Shown in pieces: positions 30,016 to 39,553 of a stretch of DNA of 64,000 nt. Source of the DNA: Paraglaciecola sp. (GTDB lineage: Bacteria; Pseudomonadota; Gammaproteobacteria; Enterobacterales; Alteromonadaceae); NCBI GenBank assembly GCA_034111145.1, contig JAWUXU010000019.1, forward strand, positions 3,123 through 67,122. The letters are read 5' to 3'. Each line of letters starts with the position of its first letter. Within the stretch, counting starts at the first letter, position 1. A program made the position numbers and the translations under genes. The notes below the pieces were generated by a model. The model was not told where the DNA came from, searched no databases, and saw nothing but the letters and a program-made list of their open reading frames with translations.

Positions 30016-31554
30016 CTAAATATTCACTGGAAAAGATAAGTTAAAAGTAGTATCTAAGCCTAATTGAGAATCAATAGAAATCTGCGCGTCGTGTGCTTCA
30101 AGAACAACACGCGAAACAGAAAATCCTAAACCGATGCCAACCGGGGTAAGCCCAGTAGTGAAAAAAGGAGTGAATAACGTTTCAATAGTTTCTTCACCCA
30201 TTCCACTTCCATTATATTTAATATGTATAGTCACTCTATGGTTGTCTTCGGTCTGCGATATGCTGAGTTTGCCATCTACTTTCATAGCGTTTGCTGCATT
30301 GATAAACAAGTTGACAAAGACCTGTTGAAGTTGCCCTAAATTACCCAAAACTAAGGGACATAAATCGGTCAGTTGATTGTCTACTTGATGTCCCGACTTA
30401 AATGCGTTCCCAGTAATTTTTAATGCGTCATCAACACATTTATTGAGGGACATTTGAATCAGCTTGGGATTCAGGTCCTGAGAGAAACCACTTAAATTAT
30501 CTAGAATAATCCTAATCCTATTTAAACCACCAATATTAGACGTTAATAAGTCTTTGGCATCCTCATCTATATATGTAAGGTCTATTTTTTCACATAGTGA
30601 AGTAAAAAACGTCAAATTCAAATTTTTATGAATTGCCAATTCACTTTTAAGTGAATCATGTAGTCTTTTATAATCTTTCAAATATTCTTTAAGTACGTTC
30701 ATATTTGAAAGAATAAAGGCCACAGGGTTGTTAATATCATGAGCAATGCCAGCGGCTAAATAACCTAGAGAAGCCATTCTCTCAGATTGGATGAGTAGAC
30801 GCTTGGCACTTTCAAGGTTACTTATTGAATCTTGAAGTTGAACGTTACGTTTTAAGATACCTTCGTCTGATAACCTTCTTTTTATACCGCTAGTAATATG
30901 CTCCCTTGCTGTTGCCAGTATAGGAAATATTTCATCATCAACTAAATCCATTTTAATCAAAAAAGCTAGCCAGCCTACTTTACCGTCAGACAAGGTGAAA
31001 TTCATATAAAGTACCCGACCGAACTGCTCTAAATACTGATAATCATCGTTGCAGACAGCAGAAACAAACCAAGAATTTAATACTTCAGGTTCACTAAGGG
31101 GTAAGCTGGTATTGACGAGTTTTTGAAGTTCATTCTGACTATGCCATCCATGCTCTTTACCCCATGCCTCGTCATGCTTCTCGTTTAATCTGACACCATC
31201 TTGAGTCACAAAGTAGAATCCATATTGCGCAGCACAATACTGGCAAGTTAATTCAACTATGTTGCTGATCATCTTGTTTAGCGGAAGCTCTGACGCAACC
31301 TCCATTGAAGCTTTACTCAGATATTCTAGTTCAGATTTTTTTTTTATAGAAAAAGCCAATGCACTTTTCAAAGACTGATTTGTTTCGTAAATCTCTAACG
31401 AATAACGCTCTAATTCATGTTCTGCCAAATTTCGTGCTTTCTTTTCTCTCTCGACCATGTGTTCAAGAACGGCAATGCGTTTATGAAGTTTCTCGACAGA
31501 TTGGCTATCACTAGTTAGAAGTTCAGACGTCTTAGACTCTATATTCTTGCTCAA
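30016..31554 (-). CDS. Soluble H-NOX-associated histidine kinase with a degenerate ATP-binding domain
   Basis: H-box AAGIAHDINNP, N-box QQVFVNLFINA; G1 reads KYNGSG; G2 reads TTGLTPVGIGLGF; no TM segments; overlaps the H-NOX stop (ATGA-type GTGA/TTGA coupling). Confidence 0.88.
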   Translation of the reverse strand: MSKNIESKTSELLTSDSQSVEKLHKRIAVLEHMVEREKKARNLAEHELERYSLEIYETNQSLKSALAFSIKKKSELEYLSKASMEVASELPLNKMISNIVELTCQYCAAQYGFYFVTQDGVRLNEKHDEAWGKEHGWHSQNELQKLVNTSLPLSEPEVLNSWFVSAVCNDDYQYLEQFGRVLYMNFTLSDGKVGWLAFLIKMDLVDDEIFPILATAREHITSGIKRRLSDEGILKRNVQLQDSISNLESAKRLLIQSERMASLGYLAAGIAHDINNPVAFILSNMNVLKEYLKDYKRLHDSLKSELAIHKNLNLTFFTSLCEKIDLTYIDEDAKDLLTSNIGGLNRIRIILDNLSGFSQDLNPKLIQMSLNKCVDDALKITGNAFKSGHQVDNQLTDLCPLVLGNLGQLQQVFVNLFINAANAMKVDGKLSISQTEDNHRVTIHIKYNGSGMGEETIETLFTPFFTTGLTPVGIGLGFSVSRVVLEAHDAQISIDSQLGLDTTFNLSFPVNI

Positions 31555-32093
31555 ACCTTCTCAACCTCTAGCACACAACAACGACCGCTTTCATGTTCAC
31601 ATCCAATCTGGGATACTTTTACTTTTTGACTAGTATGCGTGGCAGGACTAGGCAAAATGTCTTCACATAAAAAACATAACTTACCTGCAGACTGGTAATG
31701 GGATAGGATTTTTTTAGGCGTTTCAGACAAAAAAGTAGATTTAGGATGTAAGGTATCTGTATCCAGTTTATCCGCCTCAAGGTGGATAAAACTATGAACC
31801 GTATGTGCAGACTCAAATACATCTGTAAAATTATGCACACCTGCAGGGGCAAAAGTATAGAACGCTCTAAATACCCATTTTCCGGATACAAACTGTGCAT
31901 TTTTTACATATATGATTTTTTTATCTACCCCTAGGCAAATTAGGGTGAATAACTTTTGGTCATCATAAGTACCGAATGTAGTGTAACCCCCTACACTTGG
32001 CAGTTCAGCTTCATTTAACAAATTATCCCAAAACTCATCTCCCCAAAGTTCGTTGATAAATTCATTAAAATTTACAAACACTATACCTTTCAT
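31551..32093 (-). CDS. H-NOX (heme NO-binding) family protein, divergent
   Basis: MKGIVF start, Y....TYDD, proximal His in FIHLE, YQSAG in place of YxSxR, Cys-rich C-terminus. Confidence 0.88.
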   Translation of the reverse strand: MKGIVFVNFNEFINELWGDEFWDNLLNEAELPSVGGYTTFGTYDDQKLFTLICLGVDKKIIYVKNAQFVSGKWVFRAFYTFAPAGVHNFTDVFESAHTVHSFIHLEADKLDTDTLHPKSTFLSETPKKILSHYQSAGKLCFLCEDILPSPATHTSQKVKVSQIGCEHESGRCCVLEVEKV

Positions 32094-32737
32094 AAAACGG
32101 TCTCTTAAAACGTTCTTAATTATTATTGGTTACTTTTTTGTATTTTCCAATTATTAATTTCATAAAAATTGAAGTTTTCATAATCTTTTTTAATCTACAC
32201 TACCCTGGTATATAAAGCTGTGCAGCTCTATAAATATTATAATCACTGCTCATTGGAAAAAAGAAAGTGTCGCGTTCTTGGATTCGTCAAACAGGTTTTT
32301 CATATTGCCATATTGGACGGGGTCATTAAAAAAATATAAAAGCTGACTCACAGCACTATAAAATTGATGGTCTCGAATTATTCACATTAGGTTATTTTTA
32401 CAGGGGATGGGGATAGCAACACTGGCACAATTTTTAATAATCAACATGAGGTTAATAATTTAAGATAAGGAGATAACTCCGACAAAGACTTGAAGTTATA
32501 ACTGCTTCTATTGCAGTTGAATATGCTGAACAATTTAACTGCAACATGTGATTTTCACCATGGCGCATTAATTACTGATTTAATGATTATCTGCTTAGGT
32601 AAAACGTATTCAAAGAACTGCAACCGACTCAAATAATATAACCTCAATCGCTGCTCAAATATTAAAATTGTTTGTTCTAAGCAGGATTTCTATACCATTG
32701 TTTGTCAGCTAAAATTCAGGCAGTTATTCGAAAGGGA

Positions 32738-33382
32738 TCAAGTAAACATTCTCCAAAACCAGCCTTTAGACAATTCATCTTCGCAGGTTTTTAACTGAGT
32801 TGCATATTTTAAAGAGCGTGCATTTACCATTTTAGCCACGGTTTTTAGCCACGGTTTTTTATGATAGCTGCCACGTTTATAACCCCCCCAACCTTCGTGG
32901 TAATTAAGATACTGTAATTCAGCATTCCATTTTGATACACCATTTATTTTATTGGTTTTGTTAATAAACCAGCCCATAAAGTCCATGGCATCATGGAAAT
33001 CGGTACGATCAGCCCACGAGTTGTCTGTCTCACGTTTGTAATCATCCCAAGTAGGAGTCTTGGCCTGTGAATAACCATAGGCACTACTGACACGCCCCCA
33101 AGGGATCAATCCAAAAAACAAATAATCCTTAGGTGGACGGGCTTTTGCTTTGAACGAGCTCTCCTGATACATCATTGACATAGGAATATGAATAGGAACG
33201 CCCCACTTTTTTCTCATATCAGTTGCAGTTTCAAACCAATCTCGCTTTTCAATAAAAATATCGCAAATGTTACTGATATTTTTAGGCGGTGTGGCAGTAC
33301 ACGCTCCTAAAAATATGGTGCTGGCCGTAATCATTAAAATAATTTTTAAAAACTGATAGTTTTTTTTGAACTTTTTATCCAT
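32738..33382 (-). CDS. SLT-domain transglycosylase-like lipoprotein
   Basis: Lipobox LGAC; MYQESSF, SSAYGYSQA, YLNYHEGWGG. Confidence 0.85.
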   Translation of the reverse strand: MDKKFKKNYQFLKIILMITASTIFLGACTATPPKNISNICDIFIEKRDWFETATDMRKKWGVPIHIPMSMMYQESSFKAKARPPKDYLFFGLIPWGRVSSAYGYSQAKTPTWDDYKRETDNSWADRTDFHDAMDFMGWFINKTNKINGVSKWNAELQYLNYHEGWGGYKRGSYHKKPWLKTVAKMVNARSLKYATQLKTCEDELSKGWFWRMFT

Positions 33383-33439
33383 AACCTACTCTTAGTTATT
33401 GTGTTCTAGTTATTATGTGTTTCTCTGATACTAGCTTTC

Positions 33440-33467
33440 AAGCCTGATATTTATCAGGCTTTTTTTT
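33440..33467. terminator. Hairpin after gshA; its T-tract is on the plus strand
   Basis: AAGCCTGATA-TT-TATCAGGCTTTTTTTT. Confidence 0.6.
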
Positions 33468-33484
33468 GCCTTAGGTTCATCAGT

Positions 33485-35092
33485 TTAAGCAACCGAAAAA
33501 TAACTACTTAGAAAGTCATCGAAAGAAATATTATCCTGTTGCTCAATGATACGCTGCTTGTTAATGGACAACTCGGCGTGTTCTGTCAATTCATCAGCAT
33601 TCATAAATTGATAATCAGAATCTAATAATTGCTGTTTGTAGTCTTCTGCCAAAGCTAAACCCAATGCCCCATTGTCACATTGTTGGCTAATCAATCGTTG
33701 TAAAATTTTGGCTGACGGAGTCAGACTAGGTTCAAGTATCTTTTGTTTTTCCAGTTGTAATGCAGTCGAATAATGTGTGGTGTCATTCGCTTGGTCAAGA
33801 ACCAAAGCTACTTCTTGCATATCAGAAAATAGCTGCAATGCCCAAGCAGATAGACCTATGGATTGTTGCTCATTTAAGAGCATTAGCTCAGGGTCTCGCC
33901 CATAGTTCACTACCGCACTTAAATTAGCTTCGGTTTCATCATAATGCTGTGCATTCATCAACTCACTTGGCTTAGTAACGCAATACAACAGAAATACATC
34001 AAGAAAATAAAACTGATTTTCCTCAATACCTATAGCACTAAACGGATTAACGTCTAAAGCCCGCACTTCTATGTAACTAACACCTCTTTTATCCAACGCC
34101 TCTGACGGTTTTTCTAACGAATAGGTTGGCTGTTTAGGTCTAATAGGTGAATAAAGTTCATTTTCAATCTGCAAAACGTTGGCATTTAGCTGTTGATGCT
34201 CGCCTTGTTGCTTATCAGCATACTTTTGGTAATCCGAAGAAGGCTGGTTAATCGCGGCTCTCAATGATGCAATGTAGCTATCTATTTGGTTATAACAAAT
34301 ATTTAAACCAGATTGGGCGCTGTTAGTATATCCCAAATCACTCATTCTAAGAGATGTGGCATAGGGTAAGTAAAAGGTGCCGACTCCCAACTCTTTAAAA
34401 GGCAGATTGGTTTTTTTACCTTTTATAAATGAGCTGCAAACAGCAGGAGAGGCTCCATACAGATAAGGTATTAGCCAACAAAAGCGACGGTAATTCCTGA
34501 TCAACGCAAAATAGGCTGCAGAAATCGCATCTTTATCAGATTTTTTATGGTTCTTCTCTTCAGATGTTTTATTTAACCACTGTTGCCAGAACTCGTCAGG
34601 TAGAGAAAAATTAAAATGCACGCCCGAGATAGCTTGCATCATACTGCCGTAGCGGTTTTTTAAGCCTACTCGATACAGTGTTTTCATTTTTCCTACGTTA
34701 GACGAACCATAATTGGCGATAGGGATCGCATCTTGATTTTCGATAAAACAAGGCATGCTCATAGGCCATAGACGTTCATCACCTATATTTGAAACCGCAA
34801 ATTTGTGCACATCATTTAACTGTCCGATAGTTTTTTTTACAGACACTTCAGGCGGCGTGATAAATTCCAATAAAGACTCAGAAAAATCGGTAGTGATAAA
34901 CTCATGGGTCAGGGCTGCCCCAAGTGCCAGTTGATGAGGGCTCTGTGCCAAACCGCCGTCTGGTTCGATACGCAAGGTTTCACGCTCTATTCCATGACGT
35001 ATTCCAGTTAAGGTTTGCGCAACTGCTTGGTCTTGTAATACATTTAAACGCTCTGCAAAAGATGTCTGATTTACTTGCAAAATACTATCCAA
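33485..35092 (-). CDS. gshA: Glutamate-cysteine ligase
   Basis: GIERETLR, ITTDFSESLLEFITP, MQAISGVHFNFS, ATSLRMSDLGY, YIEVRALDVNPF. Confidence 0.97.
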   Translation of the reverse strand: MDSILQVNQTSFAERLNVLQDQAVAQTLTGIRHGIERETLRIEPDGGLAQSPHQLALGAALTHEFITTDFSESLLEFITPPEVSVKKTIGQLNDVHKFAVSNIGDERLWPMSMPCFIENQDAIPIANYGSSNVGKMKTLYRVGLKNRYGSMMQAISGVHFNFSLPDEFWQQWLNKTSEEKNHKKSDKDAISAAYFALIRNYRRFCWLIPYLYGASPAVCSSFIKGKKTNLPFKELGVGTFYLPYATSLRMSDLGYTNSAQSGLNICYNQIDSYIASLRAAINQPSSDYQKYADKQQGEHQQLNANVLQIENELYSPIRPKQPTYSLEKPSEALDKRGVSYIEVRALDVNPFSAIGIEENQFYFLDVFLLYCVTKPSELMNAQHYDETEANLSAVVNYGRDPELMLLNEQQSIGLSAWALQLFSDMQEVALVLDQANDTTHYSTALQLEKQKILEPSLTPSAKILQRLISQQCDNGALGLALAEDYKQQLLDSDYQFMNADELTEHAELSINKQRIIEQQDNISFDDFLSSYFSVA

Positions 35093-35152
35093 CTAAAAAT
35101 GAAAAAAACACTAATTAGCTCTAGTCTACCTGCAGTTTATAAATAAAGTAAC

Positions 35153-35429
35153 TAGGGTCTGTTTATCTTCAATATAACATCTACATTTTCTTCAAAATAT
35201 TCTCAATCAAGTCAAAAGCAGTGAAGGTTGACTATCTCCATAAACTGATATCGATCAAGGTTGGGAGTTTTGTGGGAAACATTCCGAGCTAAGTCATTTT
35301 TCAACTACCTTCGTTGCACAAATTTTGTGTAAGTTAAATAAACCTCAAGGTAGCAGCCACTTAATAAGCGTCTTGGAGTTCGAATAACTGGCATCAGTAT
35401 TGACAGTACATGAAAAGTAAACAGGTCCT
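35153..35429. mobile_element. Degenerate MITE-like element (~277 bp) with imperfect terminal inverted repeats
   Basis: Left end TAGGGTCTGTTTATCTTC; right end GAAAAGTAAACAGGTCCT (10/12 match to the reverse complement of AGGGTCTGTTTA); non-coding interior. Confidence 0.5.
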
Positions 35430-35541
35430 CAAAACCAGAAATTTACATCAAGTAACAAATACACCAAATTATTTGTTAGAATATTACCAATAAATTTAGA
35501 TACCCTCTTTAATAATTGACGACATTGAAGGAAGCACTATT

Positions 35542-36093
35542 TTGTCTGGCTTTGACTTAAGCATTTTTGATGCCCAATTTGCTAAAAATCAGTTTAGTGG
35601 TAATCAATCATTATTGGTGAAAATATTAGAAAAATTCATTCAACAATATCAGCATTTTGATACTTTACTCATTGAAAGGGTACAACAAAAAGATTCCCAT
35701 CTGGTTGACCTTCAAGTGCATACTTTAAAAGGGGTGAGTGGAAACTTGGGGATGAAGGCTTTACACAGCGCCTGTAAAGAACTTGAATTATATTTGGCTA
35801 ACCAAGTAACCGAATACACAGTAGAAGAATTCTTGCAGATTTTTAAGCAAACATTATCCTTAGTTCAAAATTACTCAGCAGAAAACGATATTCAAGCAAG
35901 TCCTGAAGCTGCCCCTCAACAATATGACAAAACAACGCTAATCGCAGCCTTAAAAGGTTATGAATTTATTTCTGATAGTGCACTGAAAAACTATTCGCAA
36001 TCATTAGATTTATCGCCTGAAAAACTCATTAAATTGAAACAGGCTGTCGATAATTTAGATTATGCCATCGCCATTGTGCTGCTGGAGAAATAA
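35542..36093 (+). CDS. Hpt (histidine phosphotransfer) domain protein
   Basis: QVHTLKGVSGNLGM Hpt signature; TTG start. Confidence 0.85.
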   Translation: MSGFDLSIFDAQFAKNQFSGNQSLLVKILEKFIQQYQHFDTLLIERVQQKDSHLVDLQVHTLKGVSGNLGMKALHSACKELELYLANQVTEYTVEEFLQIFKQTLSLVQNYSAENDIQASPEAAPQQYDKTTLIAALKGYEFISDSALKNYSQSLDLSPEKLIKLKQAVDNLDYAIAIVLLEK

Positions 36094-36097
36094 AAAA

Positions 36098-36808
36098 TTG
36101 TCAGCTTCGATAGAAGTATTGTTTGACCATCCTGATTTTGTGGTGATCAACAAACCTAATAATATTTCCGTGCAAAATGAGTCTCACCAATCAGGTATAT
36201 TGCCACTGCTTTGCCAACAACTGAAGTTTGAAAAATTATGGTTGGTACATAGATTAGACAAAGTTACTTCTGGTCTTTTAATCTTAGCTAAACACCCAAA
36301 ATCAGCCGCTATTTTTGGCCAGTTGTTTGAGCAAAAAAAAATAGAAAAATACTATCTGGCTATTTCAGCGAAAAAGCCCAAGAAAAAACAAGGGGCCATC
36401 AAAGGCGGTATGAAAAAAGTGAGGGATGGGAAATGGATGTTGGACAACAGTGATACTGCTGTGGCCATTAGCCAATTTTTTAGTTTCTCAGTTTCCCCAG
36501 GTTTTCGAATATTTTTGATTAAACCTCTTACAGGTAAAACCCACCAGATTCGAGTGGCCTTAAAAAGTATTGGCAGCCCTATTCTCGGGGACGAGATGTA
36601 TAAAGGTGAAGGCTCAGACCGTACTTATCTTCATGCTTATTGCATACGCTTTGTTTATCGAGAACAACCCATATGCATAATCTGTCCTCCAAATAAAGGT
36701 GCTTTATTTGTAAGTGATAACTTTAAGCAACAAGTCTCCAACTTAGCAACCCCTTGGACACTCAAATGGCCAGGTATCAAGTTGACTCAACCAAAATATG
36801 CTGGATAA
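36098..36808 (+). CDS. RluA-family pseudouridine synthase (TIGR01621-like)
   Basis: INKP, VHRLDKVTSG, TGKTHQIRV, PILGD.MY, YLHAY; TTG start with GGAG RBS. Confidence 0.92.
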   Translation: MSASIEVLFDHPDFVVINKPNNISVQNESHQSGILPLLCQQLKFEKLWLVHRLDKVTSGLLILAKHPKSAAIFGQLFEQKKIEKYYLAISAKKPKKKQGAIKGGMKKVRDGKWMLDNSDTAVAISQFFSFSVSPGFRIFLIKPLTGKTHQIRVALKSIGSPILGDEMYKGEGSDRTYLHAYCIRFVYREQPICIICPPNKGALFVSDNFKQQVSNLATPWTLKWPGIKLTQPKYAG

Positions 36809-37712
36809 GACGTTACCTAACTTACCTAAAATAGCCATTGTTGGTAAAGGTGCTATAGGTGGGTTAGTTGGTTTTAAATGCCACCAACTCAACTATGATT
36901 ATCAGCACTTAATAAAAATACAACGACAGCAGCAATCATTCAAAGTCACAGATAATGCTGGTGAGTCGCATAATTTGAGACCAAACACTTCTGCCATAAC
37001 TAATCCTGCCAAATTTGATTTGTTGATATTACCCGTAAAGGCTTATCAAGTGCTGCCAGTGTTAGAGCAATTGCAACCTTTTATTCAACCAAACCATGTA
37101 ATAATGCTACTCCATAACGGCATGGGCACAATCGAAAAGGTTAGAGAAAAGCTACCCAACAACCCATTAATTGCCGCCACCACAAGTTACGGAGCATTTA
37201 AACCTGATACAAATACGCTACTAGAAACAGGTTTGGGTCAAACTCATCTAGGCTGGTTGGGCAATGTTGATGCAGCGTTAAAGCAATCAATAGAGCCAAT
37301 ACTTTCATCGCTACTCCCACCGAGTCATTGGCATCAAGATATCAATCTAGCCTTATGGAAAAAATTAGCAGTTAACGCAGTGATTAACCCTCTTACCGCT
37401 ATTCACAATTTGAAAAATGGCGAGCTTACAGATTTACAATACAGGGGCAACATCTCTAGTATTTGTAGTGAAATTGCAAAGGTGATGGGAGCGCTCGATT
37501 ACTCAATTGACAGCGCCGAACTAGTTGAAAATGTACAGCAAGTGATAATAGCCACAGCAAACAACTACTCATCGATGCATCAAGATCTTAAATTCAAACG
37601 TCAAACTGAAATAGCGTTTATCAATGGTTATATTACCTCTAAAGCAGATGAGTTAAATATCAAGGTTCCCCATAACCAACGATTGATTGAGCAAATCAGG
37701 CAACTAAAATAA
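36798..37712 (+). CDS. panE: 2-dehydropantoate 2-reductase
   Basis: GKGAIGG, VKAY, HNGMG, WKKLAVNAVINPLTA, SSMHQD, TEI..INGY. Confidence 0.93.
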   Translation: MLDKTLPNLPKIAIVGKGAIGGLVGFKCHQLNYDYQHLIKIQRQQQSFKVTDNAGESHNLRPNTSAITNPAKFDLLILPVKAYQVLPVLEQLQPFIQPNHVIMLLHNGMGTIEKVREKLPNNPLIAATTSYGAFKPDTNTLLETGLGQTHLGWLGNVDAALKQSIEPILSSLLPPSHWHQDINLALWKKLAVNAVINPLTAIHNLKNGELTDLQYRGNISSICSEIAKVMGALDYSIDSAELVENVQQVIIATANNYSSMHQDLKFKRQTEIAFINGYITSKADELNIKVPHNQRLIEQIRQLK

Positions 37713-37929
37713 TCACGCTGAATACTCTGAACTATCGACAAAATATGACCTAACAACTTAAGCTCAATCGTTATCTACTTGCTTGTTATAACTAAGATAA
37801 ATATGCAGTTGTTGCATACTCGCTCCCCATCCTTTACCGTGATCAGCGATTTGCTTAAGGCAGTAACTTTTTCTACTGTTGGGCTCCAAGGCTCCCATAA
37901 ACAAGTGCTAGTGGTTTGGGTATAAATTT

Positions 37930-37955
37930 AAAAAGGACGCCGAAGCGTCCTTTTT
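37930..37955. terminator. Bidirectional intrinsic terminator after lysS
   Basis: AAAAAGGACGC-CGAA-GCGTCCTTTTT. Confidence 0.9.
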
Positions 37956-37974
37956 AAAACATAAACTATTATTG

Positions 37975-39522
37975 TTATTCAGCCGGTACTTCTGGCTTCA
38001 TATGTGGGAACAAGATCACGTCTTTAATGGTTGGGCTGTCAGTAAATAACATCACCAAACGGTCGATACCTATGCCCTCGCCTGCTGTTGGCGGTAAGCC
38101 GTATTCCAAAGCACGAATGTAATCTTCATCATAGTGCATGGCCTCATCGTCGCCGGCGTCTTTTTCTTCGACTTGTTTACGGAAACGAGCAGCTTGGTCT
38201 TCTGAGTCATTTAACTCTGAGAAACCATTGGCTAATTCACGACCACCCACAAAAAACTCGAAACGGTCAGTAATAAAACTGTCGTTATCGTTTCTTCGTG
38301 CCAGTGGTGAAACTTCCCAAGGATAAGCGGTGATAAAGGTGGGCTGGTCGAGTTTTTCTTCAGCTGTTGCTTCGAAAATTTCACACAAATATTTACCTGC
38401 ACCCCAAATACCGTCAACTTCAGGCTCTTTTATGTGAAGCTGTTTTGCCATTACTTTGAGCTCGGCCAAATTATTTTCAGGATCGTTGATAGCGTCAACG
38501 TTAGCTTCAGGCCAGTATTTAATTACCGCTTCGTTCATAGTTAAACGGGTAAATGGCTGGCCAAAGTCGTAGTTCACTTCGCGAACTATATTGCCTTCAG
38601 TATCTTTAGTGGTGTTTTTGATTATGACCGTACCCAAAACGTCCTGCGCCACTTTACGTAACATTTCTTCAGTTAGGTTCATTAAGTCATGATAATCAGC
38701 ATAAGATTGATAAAACTCTAACATAGTGAATTCAGGGTTATGCCTGGTAGACAAACCTTCATTTCTGAAGTTACGGTTGATTTCGAAAACCCGCTCAAAA
38801 CCGCCTACAACCAAGCGTTTAAGGTAAAGTTCGGGGGCAACACGCAGATACATGTCGATATCAAGTGCGTTATGATGGGTGGTAAAAGGTTTAGCTGTTG
38901 CACCGCCTGGTATCACTTGCAACATGGGAGTTTCCACTTCCATAAAGTCACGTTCGATTAAAAAGTTGCGGATGCCACTAACCACTTTACTGCGAATAAT
39001 GAAAGTATCACGAGTCTGCTGATTTGTGATCAAGTCAACATAACGCTGACGATATTTGGTTTCTTGATCAGCCAAACCATGGAATTTTTCTGGTAGTGGA
39101 CGCAATGATTTAGTTAACAATTGGTATTCGGCCATATCCACATACAAATCACCTTTACCTGATTTGTGTAGGATACCTTTCACACCAATAATATCGCCAA
39201 TATCCAAACTACCGTAACGTTGTTTGATATCTTTTTGGGCATCTTTGGAAGCATAAGATTGGATCCGACCGGTCATATCTTGTAATGACAAAAAGGGGCC
39301 ACGCTTAGCTAAAATACGCCCCGCAATACTGACTACCTTACCAAGTTCTTCCAAAGCCAGTTTTTCATGCTCACCAAATGCTTGCTGTAATTCATCACTG
39401 TAAAATTCACGACGGAAGTCATTGGGGAAACCATTGGATTTGCAATTTTCTCTTATATTAGAAAGTTTAGCGCGGCGCTCTGCAATCAACTTATTTTCAT
39501 CTTGTGTTTGTTCGGTCATCAA
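37975..39522 (-). CDS. lysS: Lysine-tRNA ligase (class II)
   Basis: [22 protein letters not shown]...HNPEFT, GIGIDRL. Confidence 0.98.
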   Translation of the reverse strand: MMTEQTQDENKLIAERRAKLSNIRENCKSNGFPNDFRREFYSDELQQAFGEHEKLALEELGKVVSIAGRILAKRGPFLSLQDMTGRIQSYASKDAQKDIKQRYGSLDIGDIIGVKGILHKSGKGDLYVDMAEYQLLTKSLRPLPEKFHGLADQETKYRQRYVDLITNQQTRDTFIIRSKVVSGIRNFLIERDFMEVETPMLQVIPGGATAKPFTTHHNALDIDMYLRVAPELYLKRLVVGGFERVFEINRNFRNEGLSTRHNPEFTMLEFYQSYADYHDLMNLTEEMLRKVAQDVLGTVIIKNTTKDTEGNIVREVNYDFGQPFTRLTMNEAVIKYWPEANVDAINDPENNLAELKVMAKQLHIKEPEVDGIWGAGKYLCEIFEATAEEKLDQPTFITAYPWEVSPLARRNDNDSFITDRFEFFVGGRELANGFSELNDSEDQAARFRKQVEEKDAGDDEAMHYDEDYIRALEYGLPPTAGEGIGIDRLVMLFTDSPTIKDVILFPHMKPEVPAE

Positions 39523-39553
39523 CTTTCCTGATATTTCTTTACTGTTTTGGGTA

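Noticed and set aside
37910-37924. AGTGGTTTGGGTATA as one end of an interspersed repeat element
   Set aside because: No matching second terminus was found in the panE-lysS spacer.
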